Assembly: GCF_018350175.1 (NCBI RefSeq)
Contig: NC_058368.1
Coordinates: forward strand, 90,088,001 to 90,152,000
Direction: 5' to 3'
DNA: 64,000 nucleotides
Source: Felis catus
Taxonomy: Eukaryota
In this document: positions 12,098-25,469 of the stretch, one piece after another
Layout of the letters: each line of letters begins with the position of its first letter
How positions within the stretch are numbered: the first letter of the stretch is position 1
Position numbers and translations under genes: made by a program
The notes under the pieces: model-generated
What the model was told of the DNA's origin: nothing
Seen by the model: only the letters and a program-made list of their open reading frames with translations
Database searches by the model: none

Positions 12098-15000
12098 GGA
12101 CGATGCTGATTTTAAAATGTGGATTGATATGAGGAACGTGATTGACTGAATAGCTGTGCAGGAAGCAGTGAAGCCTGGAAATACCCGCAAACTGACCCTG
12201 GAGTGCCTCATTCAACAAACGCTGAAATGGAGGGACCATTTCCCAAAGGCCCTAAGCCTGAGGCTTCAGGGTTCTTGGAGGGACCCTAGGCGCTGCCCGG
12301 GACAGGTGTGCCCAGGGGGAGCCCCATCCGTGTCACCCACCTGTACCTGGCATACAGGTGTCCCCGATCCTGGGAAGGCCCCCCCTCCTGGTGGGGGTCC
12401 TCGCTCCTCCAGCACCCCTCAGGGACTCCACATGCTGCCACCTGTAGCCCAGGGCTCACCACGGAGGAGGTGGGGTGAGCTGGGTTCTGAGTCACACACC
12501 ACCACAGCCCGGCTCCCTCGCCTGCAGGGGCAAGTCAGGCACCACAATTTCGTCACGTGAAACAGACCAAGAGCAGCCTCATGCAGATGGGCAAGTGCAG
12601 GTGACAGTGCTGGCTGCTGGAGAGGAGGCAGTGAGCCCAGACTCCTGCTGTTGTGATCACGATGATGGCTCCTCCCCATCACGACTGCTCCAGACCCCTT
12701 TCTTCCAAGGCATTGTGGTGCTTTCTGATATCACATGCTCATGTTCGAGCACGTGTGTATCAGCCATGTTTGGACTGTGACTTTGTCTGAAGCAAAGTGG
12801 CTGGTTCACAGCTGTACCCTCACCTCCACCAGCACGAGGCAGTGCACTGGTGGCCACTTCGTTAGGAGGCTCCAGGTGAGGACCCAAGTCTGTGGCCTCA
12901 AATCAGGGACCTCGCTGGTTTAAGGTTCTTGCCAGCCTGAGCATCAGAATTATGCAGGCTGACCAAGATCAGAAGCATCTGTGAGCCCCCTGGAGGCAGA
13001 GAGCAGGGACAAATGTCCAATGCCTGCAGCCGAGCAGGTGGCTCTTCCCCCAGTGGTGAGACGGCCTGGCCTCTGAGGCAGGGACTTGCTGGCTTCTGCA
13101 GTGGTGGACACGACCACGTGGCCTTCAAGCCAGGATTCAGGTTCTAACCCAGCTGCCTCCTTGACCATCTTTCAGGACAGTGGCTAGGGAGACTCCATTT
13201 TTCCCAGGTTCCTGGGGTTGACCCTGTGCAGGGGGGCAGCCTCTAGGGCCTGTGGTCAGTGTAGCCTGCCATCCTTCATCCTTCCTGAGCCTTTCCCCAC
13301 ACGAGCTGCCTGGGGTCTCCATGCAGAGATCCTCCCAAGTCAGAGTCAGTCCCTGTTTCGGGCTATTCTGGACCCGCTTGCAGAAGATGGTAAAAGCCTG
13401 CTATCAGTTTGAGTCCCTGGAAGCGGTGGGGGCCATTCTGTCCCCATCATGCTCCAGCTGGGTGACCTAGCATGGGTCAGGTCCTCTTCCTGAGCCTCAG
13501 TTTCCCCTTCTGTGAAATGCAGAGAAGGACGAAACTGCTTTTAGGCAGGTCTTGGGGACAGCAGATTCACAATGGTGTGTTTGTGCACATGCAGCCTGGG
13601 TGTTGGCTGCAGCCCAGGACAGGGACTGAACCCACAATTGCGAGTGTAGCCGCCAAGCTGGGGGGGGTGGTTCAGATGCACACATGCACATGTCGTCCCA
13701 GCCTTTCTGACAACAGCCTTTTCTCTGTTTGCTGGATGTTTCTGAGAGAAGCCGGAGAAAAACAGTATGTTTCTTTGTTTTGTTATAACACTGATGACTT
13801 CATCCATCCTTGTTCTTCCGAGAAAAGACGATGACGAATTTGTTAAAGTTCAGCTGCGAGAGCCCCCTCTTATAGCAAGAATGAGAAGTATTTAAAGGCA
13901 GCTTCTTGCTTCTTGGAGTTATTTTCAGCTAAGTGGCCCTTCCTGGTGTCACTCAGGCCTCACTTGGGCTCACAGCAGGTCTCCAACTCCTCCTGTCCAT
14001 GGGGAGAAGGGCTAGGAGCCCCTGTCCTGGTCACTTGCCCCCCGACCCCCTGGGACTTCCCCATATGAGTGGCCCCCATACCTGTGGATCCCAGTCATGG
14101 GTCACCATTAACAAAAACCTGCACGGTTTCCAACTCATTCCCCCAGATTACCAAATTCAGGGCAGAAATGAAATGATTTCTCTGTCCTTGAAGATTTTCC
14201 AGAACCTTGACAGACATCTCCAGTTAGAAGGAAATGAATGGCTCCAGAGGGTGATGTCTGTGCAGCCTCAACTCTGTCCTGGCTTCTGGGCATCCCTGGA
14301 CCTCTGGGCCCCACTTCCTTAGCCATCCTGTGATCCCCAGGCCCTGACCAGGACAACCCCATGCTCATGTGGCCAGGCCCTGGGTCTAGACTCAGAGGGA
14401 GGGAGCAAGACAATGCAAGTGGCAATGGAGGGTCAGGAAGCCTGGGCTGGGGGGGACATTCCTGCATGGGTAGAGGTGCAAGAGCAGGCTGGGACGACCA
14501 CCCAGCTGTCTGGGCATGACGGGGGCCTCAGTGTGTCCTGTCATAGACAAGGTAGCTCCACTGGTCCTCCTTGGCCCCCTTTCATGTGCAACGGGGCAGG
14601 GTACACTGATGCCTGCTCCCAACCCCAGTGGACCCACCTATTGGAGGGTATTATGAACCCGCTTTACAGATGTGGAAACTGAGGCTCAGACAGGTGAGGG
14701 GGCTGTCTCACAACCAGACAGCGAGGAAGACCCCCAGCGAGCCACACGCTCCCTCCCCCCTTGGTCACAGCACCAGTCTCTGGGTCCCACAGGCTTACCT
14801 CTCCAGATGATTCTTTCAGACAACTCCCAGAAGCTGCAGGGAGAAAACAAAGCATTTATTTTTGCCAACTGTTCCCCATCCCTGAAGGCGCCTGAGAGGT
14901 GTTTGTCAGGAGGTGTGGGTGACTCATGCAGACATGCAGAGATGGAACTGGCTATTTTTGTCCCAGACTCTGGCAAGCTATGGGCAGTATCCCTGCCGGG

Positions 15001-16304
15001 TGAGCGGGTGGCCCAGGCTGACCCACAGTGGAGGAGATAGGGCGGTGAAGTCAGTGTACCCAGGGTTGTAAGCATGCCTGAAGACAAGCCCCTCAGCCCA
15101 AAAGGCAGGCTCTGAGTTCCCTGGAGTGCCAGTCGACCCCAAGGTCTCCCGCCCTCTCAGGGACTATGTTGGCTCCGGGCTGTGGGGAGGGAGGACCGTG
15201 ACTCTGGTGGCCGCCCCCTGCCCTGCCGACTCCAGGCTGTGTGTCCCCAGATGGCTCACGCTTTCTTCCAGATCCGTCTGAGCCTTCCCTTTGTGGCTGC
15301 AGCTGTGGAAGCTGAAAATCCCAAGCTCTTGTGGCCCAGGAGCTACACATCTTCAGCACAGGGTGGTTTATCTCCTCTGTGCTCCCACTAGGTGCTCCCT
15401 CCCCAAAGAAGTTAAGGGAGTGGGGATACTCAGACTGGAGGGCCGTGGCCAGTGTCGCACAGTGTGGTCCCCACATCCTGGAGCCAGGGCTGTGGCCTTC
15501 TGACCCAGGCTGTCCTCCGCTGTCTGGGACTCAAGGGCTTCAATTTGGAGAGGCTCTGCGGTGCTTACGAGAGCCCTTTGCCTCCAGGCCCACACCGGGC
15601 AGGGGCCACAGAGGGGTCCTCCTGACTCTATTTGCAGGAGGGAAACACACATACCCAGGTTGGACCTGGGGACAGCTCCCACAGCTGCCAACATGTTGGC
15701 GACTCAGCCCTGAGGACGAGGGGAGCAGGAGAGGAACATGAGCGGGTGAGCAGATGCCGCACAGAGAGGGGGTGCAGGCCAGAGGAGGCAGGCGGAGGTC
15801 TGGGGGGCCCCAGTGCAGGATGGCAAGGAGGGAAGGCTGAGACCACAGGAGCCATTGAAAGGTTTGGTGGGAGAGGAAACTTCGAACATCTGACCCTGGG
15901 TGGTCACAGGAGGGCGGTGAGCCAGCCAGGGCAGTGGTCCTGCAGGGATGAGGCAGGCAGTGCTGGGAGAGTGGCCTAGCAGGGGGCTGGTGGAGCTAAA
16001 AGCATCTCAGCGGAGGAACAGTTAGCGCTTTCATGCCTGGCCCTCCCCTTACACGTCTCAGTGGCAAATGTGTTCTTCACACAGTCTGATAGTCATTCTC
16101 CGTGATGGTAAATAAGACACTTGTTTCCCTGCACAAAACAGGCCATGTTGCTCCCTGACAGCTGCTGCCTTGCTGGCCAGGCCACAGAGCAGCCTGGTCA
16201 CCGCTGTCGACCTCGGCTGGTGGCCAGACGCTGCGGAGCCCTTTTTCCATTCTCCTCCATCGGCCCCTGCATCCAGTCACCTCCTGGTGACTGTCATTCC
16301 TTCA

Positions 16305-16730
16305 GCCGTCCATCTGTCCATCCATCCATCCACCCATGCATTCATTCGGCCAGCAAGTGTTGATTGCCTGAGCTCTGTTCCAGATGCCGTGAGCAGGACG
16401 GACAAAGCTGTATCCCCGAGGAGCTCACAGCCCTGTGGGGAGGAAGGCAGATAAACAAGTAGATAAAAAGACGCCTATTAACTTCACACTCGGATGAATG
16501 ACACAGGCGCACGAAACGGGGCCCAGGGCACAGTGAGTGGGCTCTGATGGACGGTAGTAGGTGAGGGTCTGGAGGAAGAGCATTTCCAGTGAGGGCACAG
16601 CAAGCACAGGACCCCGAGGCAGGAATGAGTGCAGCGTGTGCCAGAGGGCGGTGTGGGGGGCAGGAGGGGGAATTAGACACAAGGTCAGAGAGGTGGGAGC
16701 TCATGGGCCACGAGAAGGACTTTAGGGAAA
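16305..16730 (-). mobile_element. L2 3' fragment with (CCAT)n/(CATT)n tail
   Basis: cattcattcggccagcaagtgttgattgcct...gagggcacagcaagcacaggaccccgaggcaggaatgag. Confidence 0.65.
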
Positions 16731-17291
16731 GGCCCAGGCATGTCACGGGATGTCACCAACGCTGGTGCCAATCATCACTCACAGCCTCTCCAAGCTTACA
16801 CAGGCTTGTTAGCCTCCTTGTGCATGGGGGGAAACTGAGGCACAGCGAGGTGCCTGCACACTCCCTTGCCCCACACATCCACCTGACACAGCTCTTCCTC
16901 TCCCAGCAGACCAACCCTCGGACATGTCCTCTTCGGGGACCCCACTGGCTCAGAGGACCCTTTGTCCATCCTCCAAATGCATTCATTGGCCCCCGCCCCC
17001 TGTCCGCTGCAGTTCTGAAGGTCTCTTCTGGGAGGGGACATGGCATCTGGACCTCCCAGGGGAACAGGAGAAGGGTGCTCTAAAACAGAGTAGACCATGA
17101 AGAGCCTGACTTGGAGGTGGCAGTGTGGACAGCATGTTTGGGCACAGCAAGCAGGCAGATAGGTCCAGTGTAGGCTTACTGTTTTTTTGTAAAATCGACT
17201 CATTTGTTAAAATTAATATATCTTATAATGAAAGTTTATGTTCCTACCTAAATCACCATAAATAGAAAGTGACTATAAAAACTAACATAAC

Positions 17292-17710
17292 AGGGCACCC
17301 GGGTGGCTCAGTCGGTGAAGTGCCCGACTTCAGCTCAGGTCATGACCTCACGGTTCATGAGTTCAAGCCCTGCTTGGCGCTCTCTGCTATCAGCACAGAG
17401 CCTGCTTTGGATTCTCTGTCCCCCTCTCTCTCTACCACCCAACCCCTCTCTGCCTCTCTCTCTCTCAAAACTAATACAAAATAGGGGCGCCTGGGTGGCG
17501 CAGTCGGTTAAGCGTCCGACTTCAGCCAGGTCACGATCTCACGGTCCGTGAGTTCGAGCCCCGAGTCAGGCTCTGGGCTGATGGCTCAGAGCCTGGAGCC
17601 TGTTTCCGATTCTGTGTCTCCCTCTCTCGCTGCCCCTCCCCCGTTCGTGCCCTGTCTCTCTCTGTCCCCCCAAAAAATAAATAAACGTTGAAAAAAAAAT
17701 TTTTTTTAAA
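17292..17710 (+). mobile_element. Two tandem Can-SINEs; the second (17483-17710) is the young feline type
   Basis: TSD aaaactaatacaaaata around the second element; diagnostic cagccaggtcacgatctc and gctgatggctcagagcc. Confidence 0.9.
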
Positions 17711-18004
17711 AACTAATACAAAATAAACAAAACAAAAAAAAAGTAATGCAACAAAAACAAGCATTATTAATTTGTAAAAAGAATAAAATTAAAGTTCTAG
17801 GATGGCTCCATTCTACCTCTCCCACTGAATGCACCTTTGAATCTGACAGAATGCATGGAACAGCTATCTGGGGACTTGGAAAAGTAAATAATAGCAGGCA
17901 GCCTGGAGAAAAAGAGCAGAATTTGAAGTGCCACCAAACTGACAGTGAGTTTGCCATTTTCCCTTTCTTTCTTTCTTTCTTTCTTCCCTTCCTTCCCCTT
18001 CCTT

Positions 18005-18224
18005 TTCTTTTTTTTATTTTTGAGAGATAGAGAGAAAGAGGGAGAAAGAGAGAGACTGAGCATGAGTGGGGAGGAGCAGAGAGAGGGGAGACCCAGAATC
18101 CAAAGCTGCTCCAGGCTCTGAGCTGTCAGCACAGAGCCTGACCTGGGGCTTGAACTCACAAACCACGAGATCATGACCTGAGCCGAAGTTGGACTCTTAA
18201 CCGACTGAGCCACCCAGGTGCCCC
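18005..18224 (-). mobile_element. Can-SINE with adjacent (CTTT)n tract
   Basis: Antisense SINEC; pyrimidine tract 17960-18010. Confidence 0.9.
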
Positions 18225-19171
18225 ATGGGATGAATGTATTTCTTATTATGAATCACAAGATCACAGAGGTCCCCTCTGGGAGACACATCCCAGCAAGCCC
18301 TGAATGATGGGGAATCAGCCAGGTGAAGTGAGGGGACGGTGCTCCCAGCAGATTGGTTTCAGGGGCTGAGCCCAGCGGAGGGCAGATGGTATCTGATTGA
18401 CCTCTCTTGCCCTCCAGCTGTTCTTTAGAGTCCTGGCAATCCCCACCCACCTGGGAGTGCAGATCAAGGTCTGTTTGGACATCTGCCCTCCAGGCTGCAT
18501 CCAAGGCACTAAAGTGTGGGAAACTAGGATGAGGCACTGATGTCAGAGGCCCCTCAGCCTGGGAATCCCCGTGGCCCCATCTGGGCCATGCAGGTGAATC
18601 ATGTTTCAGCCCCATGGCTCTCTGCAACCCCTCCCTCTCTCCCCCAAGCCTGGGAGACACTTCTCTAGCCTGGAGCCTGTGGAGGAGACCTGCCTGTACC
18701 CATGGTGTCTGTCCCAGGCATATAAAATGCAGAGGCCTGGGAGAGGCCTGTTTCACATCCTTTCCGGGGCTCTGAGCAAAGCCTGGCTGGGGGCAGGCGG
18801 GGTAGGGTCTTAAGTGATGCCCCTCCTCCTTTCAGCATCCACGACTTTCCAGGGGAAGGGGCCAAATGGAGGCATGTACCCCTGCTCAGGTTTTCTGTCG
18901 TCCATCGCGTTGACACATTTCTCTAATGCCACCACCTTTATGCCGTAAATACGGATGCCGTGGATGTGTATGTAAATAGCAGCATGCCAAGGCAAACACG
19001 CCTTAAAGCATTTGTGGGAAGTACCTCTGAATCCACCCTAGGGATCCGCCAGGTTTTCACAGGCAGGTTCTCAAGCCGTGTGTGGATTATTGCTGCCAAG
19101 AGACTCCGCGAAGGAGATATTTTTCTCAGTTTTTGCCCCCTCTTGTGCTCCTAGCTAGAGGTTAACTTTCG

Positions 19172-19362
19172 TTTTCTTTTTTTTAATTTTTTTATTTATT
19201 TTGAGAGAGAGAGAACGAGTAGGGGAGGGGCAGAGAGAGAGTCAGAGAGAATCTGCCAGTGCAGAGCCCGATGCCGGGTCCGAACCCACAAACCCTGAGA
19301 TCACGACCCAAGCTGAAACCAAGAGCCAGACGCTCAACTGACTGAGCCACCCCAGGCGCCCC
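19172..19362 (-). mobile_element. Can-SINE
   Basis: TSD aggttaactttc. Confidence 0.9.
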
Positions 19363-20679
19363 AAGGTTAACTTTCTATTTGTTACCTTTAAAGGCATTTT
19401 AAAGGCTTTTCTAACACTGTATCATGGGTGACGGACATATAGTATATGGCTTATCTGTGGTAGGGAGCCAGGTTTTTTCCTCGCAGACGCAAGGCTGGCA
19501 CGGATGGTGGGGATGATGCTGGAATTGCATTAGGGTAGGGATGTGTGTGAGAGCAGCTTGAGGGTCTCTCCCTGGAGGCTGTGCTACAGAGAGCCAGGTG
19601 GAGTGACCCCAGGTGGTGAAGCAGTGGCCAGTGTGTGTCACCGACACAGGGGACATTCTTCCCAGCGTGGAGCCCACCCCTTACACAGCCTGGAGAAAGA
19701 TGTCTGAGTTTGCAGAACAATATACCCAGGTGTGTGGGAGGCAGGGGGCAGCCAGTCTGGGGGTACCCAGAGGCCAAGTGCACATGGAAGGAAATGGTGC
19801 CTTGACTGGACCCCGGAGCCCTGACTGACCCCTCTCCGCTCCTCAGGCCCAGCCAGAGCCAAATGGCTTCTTGCAGGAGGGATCTGGGAGGGGTGCTGCG
19901 CTGAGCCACCAGGAACTAGGGGGAATCTGCAGGGAGTACCTCCAAGTTACCAAAGAGTCCCCCCTTTCATGGGATAAATGAGGCCACAGGTGGGCAGGCA
20001 CGAGCCCTGCAGGCAAAATGTCACTGGAGCAATTTTGGGGCATCAAGACTCTTTCCACGTCCAGTGATACTGGCCCAGGTCAAGTTGGCCAACACAAAAC
20101 AAAACAAAAAAGGGAATCAACTGTGTCATATACAAAAAAGCCTAACACCGGGGCTAACTTTGAGTGCAGCTGGATCCCAAACACGGTGCTCAAGGCTTTT
20201 CCCCCTCCCCCCTCCCAGGGGCAGAAAGGGGCCTTCCCAGCCTCCCCTTGGTGACCAAATGGCCACCAGCAGCTCAGGCCTGCATCTGCTCAACCTCCAT
20301 TCCTGCTGGAAAGAGAGCATTGGGAGGACAGGCTGAACACCCTGCCCCCACTGAAACCTCCACTAAAATACACTTCTGTTAAACACACACACACACACAC
20401 ACAGGGAGGATAGGTAGCAACAACAGCAAGAAACTTTAGGAGGCTGGAAAGCAGGTGGATGAGTAACCAATGACAGAGCAGACCTGAGAAGTCAAAGCCC
20501 AGTGGACTAAGTAAGGGGGTTTGTTCCGGCGAGGAGTCAGGCCCATGGCTTCTTTTCCAGACTCCTTTTAGAGTTCCTCCCCCAAGCAGCCCACCATGAT
20601 TTCCCCACCAGGAGCTACTCCGCAAGCCCTGCCCTCTCCCTCAGAATATCCAGTCAGCTTCTTAGTCTCTATGTGACAG

Positions 20680-21960
20680 CCGAAGATTCCCGGACACCTG
20701 AGGAATACCAACAGGGAACATGTTGACCAAGACAAATGAGGGGGGAAGGCAAATTGGGGCATACAAAAGCAATGAAGGAAGAAGAAAATTTCTAATAAAA
20801 CGAAGTCACTAAAAAATAAGATTACTAATATCCTCAGAGAAGTAAGAGAGGATTTTACATCTGTGAGAAAAGAACAGAGTGTCATATATTTGAAAAGGAA
20901 CATTCAAAGGAAAAATACATCATAGAAATTCAAAACATGTCAATAGAAATAAACAATAGAAGGTTCGGAATACAAAACTGAAAAACTTTCAGAGAGTAGA
21001 ATGATACGGTTTTTTTTTTTTAATGGAAAATAGGAAAGAGGGGCTACCTGGGTGGCTCAGTCAGTTGAACGTCCGACTTCAGGTCAGGTCATGATCTTGT
21101 GGTTCGTGGGTCCGAGCCCCATGTTGGGCTGTGTTCTGACAGCTCAGAGCCTGGATCCTGCTTCAGATTCTGTGTCTCACTCTCTCTCTCTTCCCCTCCT
21201 CCACTTGCACTCTCTCTCTCTCTCTCTCAAAAATAAATAGACACTAAAAAAAATTTTTTTAAATAGGGTAAAAAATTGGAGGACAAGTCCAAGAGGTCCA
21301 ACATGAATACTAAGAGTCCCCCCCCCCAAAAAAAAGGAAAGTCTTCTGTGAAATTACTTAATAAAATATCCCAGCACTGAAGGGCCTGAGTCCATCTGGA
21401 AAGTGCTCCACACAAGGGACGGAAATGACCCATACCAAGGTGCATCATTGTAAAATTTCAGGACACTTAGGGCTGGGATGAACAACTGTCTTGATTTGCC
21501 TAGGACTGAGTGGTTTATTAGGAAATGGGACTTTCAACGCTAAAACCAGGATGGTCCTGGGAAAGCCAGAATGACCGGTCATCCTACTGAGAACAAAAAC
21601 AAACAAACAAACAAAAAAAAAATTCTACAAAGCTCAGAGAGGTAAGCCACAAGACAATGTCTTCAAAATTCCGAAGAAATATGATTTCTGATTTAGAATT
21701 CTATACCCTGCTGAGCTTTCAAACCTACTAGAAGTATGATGGTAAAGTAAGAACATTCCCAGGCATGTAGGTCTCAAAATTTTGTTCCTAAGTATCTATT
21801 CGCAAGAAGCTACTGGAGGACGTGCTCCATCAAAATGAAAATAAGCCAAGAAAAATGAGGAGACAAGATACAGGAAGCAGGAGACCCAGTAAAAGAAGTG
21901 AGGAGGGAATTCCTCAAAGGATGATGGAGTGATCCCAGATCAGCAGCTCTGCTCCAGATG
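20680..21960 (+). mobile_element. HAL1/L1 ORF1-like degenerate fragment, interrupted by a Can-SINE (21039-21262) and MER94
   Basis: A-rich ORF1-like motifs caagaggtccaacat, catcattgtaaaatttcaggacact and tagaattctataccc. Confidence 0.65.
21468..21586. mobile_element. MER94-like hAT-Blackjack MITE
   Basis: taggg...gggactttcaacgctaaaacc...ggtcatccta with degenerate TIRs. Confidence 0.65.
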
Positions 21961-22504
21961 TGGAGGCAGCTGAGCCGTTCTGGCTCTGTGTGACACAAGA
22001 GACAGACAGACGGTCATCACTAAGATCCCCCTTCCCCTGCCACTTCCATAGGGCCATGCTCTTAACCCAAGGACAGATCACCCATGAGAGGTTGGCCCAG
22101 ATTTTCATCAGGACTTGGCTTGCCTTGACCATGTGCTGCTGACGATTTCTCCCCTCGTGCTTGCTGAGGACACATGTATCACTCCCAGAAGTTCTTGGCT
22201 TTCCCCAAGAGCCAGAGGGCCATGGCAGGCTCAGAAGTGGAAAATACAAGGCAGCCCATTCCCTCTGGCCATACTTCTGTCGGGTGCCCGGTGCACACCT
22301 CAGCCTTGCCAGGCGCCCGGCTGTGGAGTGCCCTGTGTTTCCCCAGACTCCCTTGTGACCTTGCTTGCCACTTCCCCAGAAGGGGCCTTGTCAGCTCCCA
22401 ATGAAGGGGAAGTCAGCCCACGACCCAGAGAGTGCTCTCCTCACCCTCTCCTGGAGCCTCTGTCCAGTGTGCTTACCCTCTGTTTTTAAGAATAGGTGGT
22501 ATTT

Positions 22505-22532
22505 GTGCTCGCTTCGGCAGCACATATACTAA
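22505..22532 (+). pseudogene. U6 snRNA 5' fragment, 3'-truncated (tailless) retropseudogene
   Basis: GTGCTCGCTTCGGCAGCACATATACT(AA) equals the U6 5' end; flanked by the direct repeat aagaataggtggtat (22488-22502 and 22531-22545). Confidence 0.9.
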
Positions 22533-22818
22533 GAATAGGTGGTATATTGTCTGGAATGGATACACAGGTAGAACTATAAAGAAAAGCAAGGAAACAATTA
22601 GCATGAAAGGATGGTCATCAGCTAGAGTTGAGGGTTAGGAGGTCAGCTTGTTTGCAGAAGGTGAATAAGTGGTTTTAAGGTACTGATAATGCTTTTTATA
22701 TCAGCCTGGATATCAGTTCACAGATGTTCATTTAGTTTTAATAATTAAAAAATTGTTATAATTTAAATTGTAGATGTATTTATAAACTCTTTTGTGTTTA
22801 ATTTTTGTATAAGAGAGG

Positions 22819-23002
22819 AGGGGCACCTGGGTGACTCAGTCGGTTAAGTGTCTGGCTCTTGACTTTGACTCAGGTCGTGGTTTCATGGTTTGTGAATTCA
22901 AGCCCCACATGGGGCTCTGTGCTGAGAGTACAGAGCCTGCTTGGGATTCTCTCTGTCCCTCTCTCTCTGCCCCTCCCCCACTCACATGCATGTGCGTGAG
23001 CT

Positions 23003-23034
<32 letters not shown>

Positions 23035-23310
23035 CTTTCTCTCTCTCAAAATAAATAAATAAACTTTAAGAAATAATAATAAGGTGCCCGGGTGGCTCAG
23101 TCAGTTAAGTATCTGACTTCAGCTCAGGTCAAAATCTCATGGCTTGTGGTTTCAAACCCCACGTCCAGCTCTGAGCTGTCAGCACAGAGCCTGGAGCCTG
23201 CTTCGGATTCTGTGTCGCCATTGTTCTCTGCCCCTCCCCTACTCATGCTCTGTCTCTTTCTCTCTCTTTCAAAAATGAATAAACATTAAATTTTTTTAAT
23301 AAAATAATAA
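22819..23310 (+). mobile_element. Two tandem Can-SINEs, the first containing (CA)n
   Basis: Heads at ~22819 and ~23082; (CA)n at 23004-23034. Confidence 0.9.
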
Positions 23311-25469
23311 AAGTATAGAGAGGAAAAAATATCGAGGGAACATCTCTGGGTTGATCTCCAAAGAAGGCCCAGGATTTATTCTGATTAGATAACCCAGGTC
23401 CCTGATCAGGGATGGGAGAAGGGGATGCTGAACTCTCACTGGCGAGGCTTCAGTTAACCCCTCACCCCACCCTAACCAGGATTCCATCCAGTGGTGAGAA
23501 ATTGTCCCGGGAAGTAAGGAAGCATGACCATTGGGAATCCAAAACAAAACCCCTTCTCTGTGTTCAGGGGAGCAACCGGGCAGTATATTTTGATCCCCTT
23601 GAAAGGACTACCATTCTTCAGCCCAGTGGCTCTCCTTATAGAAGTGTGTCCTCAGGAAATAATTGAGGATGGAGACCAAGAGTGAGGGACCCTATGGATT
23701 ATGGAGCAACAGAGGGGCCGACTGTTCCCTCTTTGAAGAGCTCTATTTTCAGTTACCAGCCTATGGTGGGTCTTGGTGCTATCAACCTGCATGTGGCAGA
23801 CTGGCTGCAAGTTGGACCCTGAGCTTGCAGACACAGGAGCTTCCTGAGATGTGGAAGCAGCAGGTTCTGTCAGCAGGAGCTGAGAGACATATGGCGCATA
23901 AAAATAACTGAAGCCAGTCCTCCCCTCACAGCCAGGTCTATTGGGTGGCCTCCTGAAGGCAAAGCCAGGTGCATTCCCAGCTGAGGCAAGCAGAACCCCT
24001 GGGCTCATGCCTGGGAGAGGCCCTCATACCTCCACGGCATCCTTTCAGACACCAGGGAACAGGAAGGAGCCCTTTATGAGGCCCAAATTGGAATGAGATG
24101 AGTGCCTCAGCCCCAGGCTTTGTTGGGGAGGGAGAAGTGGAGGACCACAGCATTTTGTGGACACTGGACAAGATACTGCCACTGCTTGGAGCAGCAGGCA
24201 TGAGTTGACATGGTCCAGGGCCCTACCCAGGGTGGACTCTTTTCTCCCCTAAGGTTCCTATGAGAGTCAGGAAGAACTTGGCTATCAACTGAGGTCTCTT
24301 CTTCAGCTGAGTCCATTAGGGGCTGCTCAGTGGGCTCCCTGCTTCCTGGAAGCCAGGCCACATTGGGGTTCTCAATATTCAGGTTGCCCTCCCCAAGCTC
24401 CCTGCCCCTGAGCCCCGCTCCTTTGCTGAATCTCTAGACCACATCTATCTTCTGCTCAGGTTGTACCAGTTTCCCCTCCCAGGGACAGGGCCAAGAGCTG
24501 GGCCTAGAGTCAGGAGCCCAGGAGCCTGGGGTACTAGTCACTGAGCTGGTAACCCTGCCCATCCTGTTTTACCTTTTAGGGTCCATATTTTCTCATCTAT
24601 AAAGTAGGTAATCATTCCCATGTGTTGTTTTAAGGATTAGGTGACATATGAGAACAAAAGACACATAAAGCATGACACATGTTTTCTCTTGAACTAAAAC
24701 CTGGGACATAGAAACTGTCCAGGTCAGGTGGAGCAGGCACTTTGCCCAAGACCTTTGAAAAAGACTCCAAGTTCAGTACCCCCACCACCACCACCCAACC
24801 AAGGACACAGGGACTGTCCCTGTTCCTGCAGAAGTAGTCCCAAGCAAAGATGCCCATTTGACTCTTTTAACAATGCCCTGGTCTGGCTGGAGCTCCAGAT
24901 ACGCTATCTGGGGAGCAAGTCTGGTGTGGACCCTATGAGGAAACCTGTAATTCAGGCCTCTTCTTGGAGCTTCTGCAGGCCCTGCACAGATAGAAGTAAA
25001 ACTGAACAATGCTGAAACATGGACTCTGCAGAGGTATAGCTGGACAGGAGTAGGCACTCTTTCTCATGTCAAGGGAAGGAAGAGAGATGGGGCTCTCGGG
25101 ACACACACAATGCCAGGAGCTGTGTGCCTCAGCTCCTCCCAAAAAGCTGCAGGGGGACTAGGAACATCATCCTAAAAGGGCTCTGAGCTCTATCCCACGG
25201 CACACCCGGCCCTGACAGTAAGATAGAAAAGTATAGGATGCTTATTCTCACCAGCACTATTCTCTTTGTTTCTCCTGAAAAGTTCTGTCCAATGTGTTAT
25301 GATAAGAAAAGTGTATGAGGTTTAACCACCAGAAAGGAAAAGATTAAATTACCATGAATTGTAGACATAACTGCCTTCTGGAAAAACAAGACTGTTAGAA
25401 CTAATGAGATATAAAACCCACATGTAAAATCCAATACCAATATGCAGTTAAAGATATAATGGGAAGAGG

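Noticed and set aside
22505..22532. Functional U6 snRNA gene
   Set aside because: Only the first ~28 nt are present, with no ACAGAGA box, 3' stem-loop or recognisable promoter, and it is flanked by a TSD.
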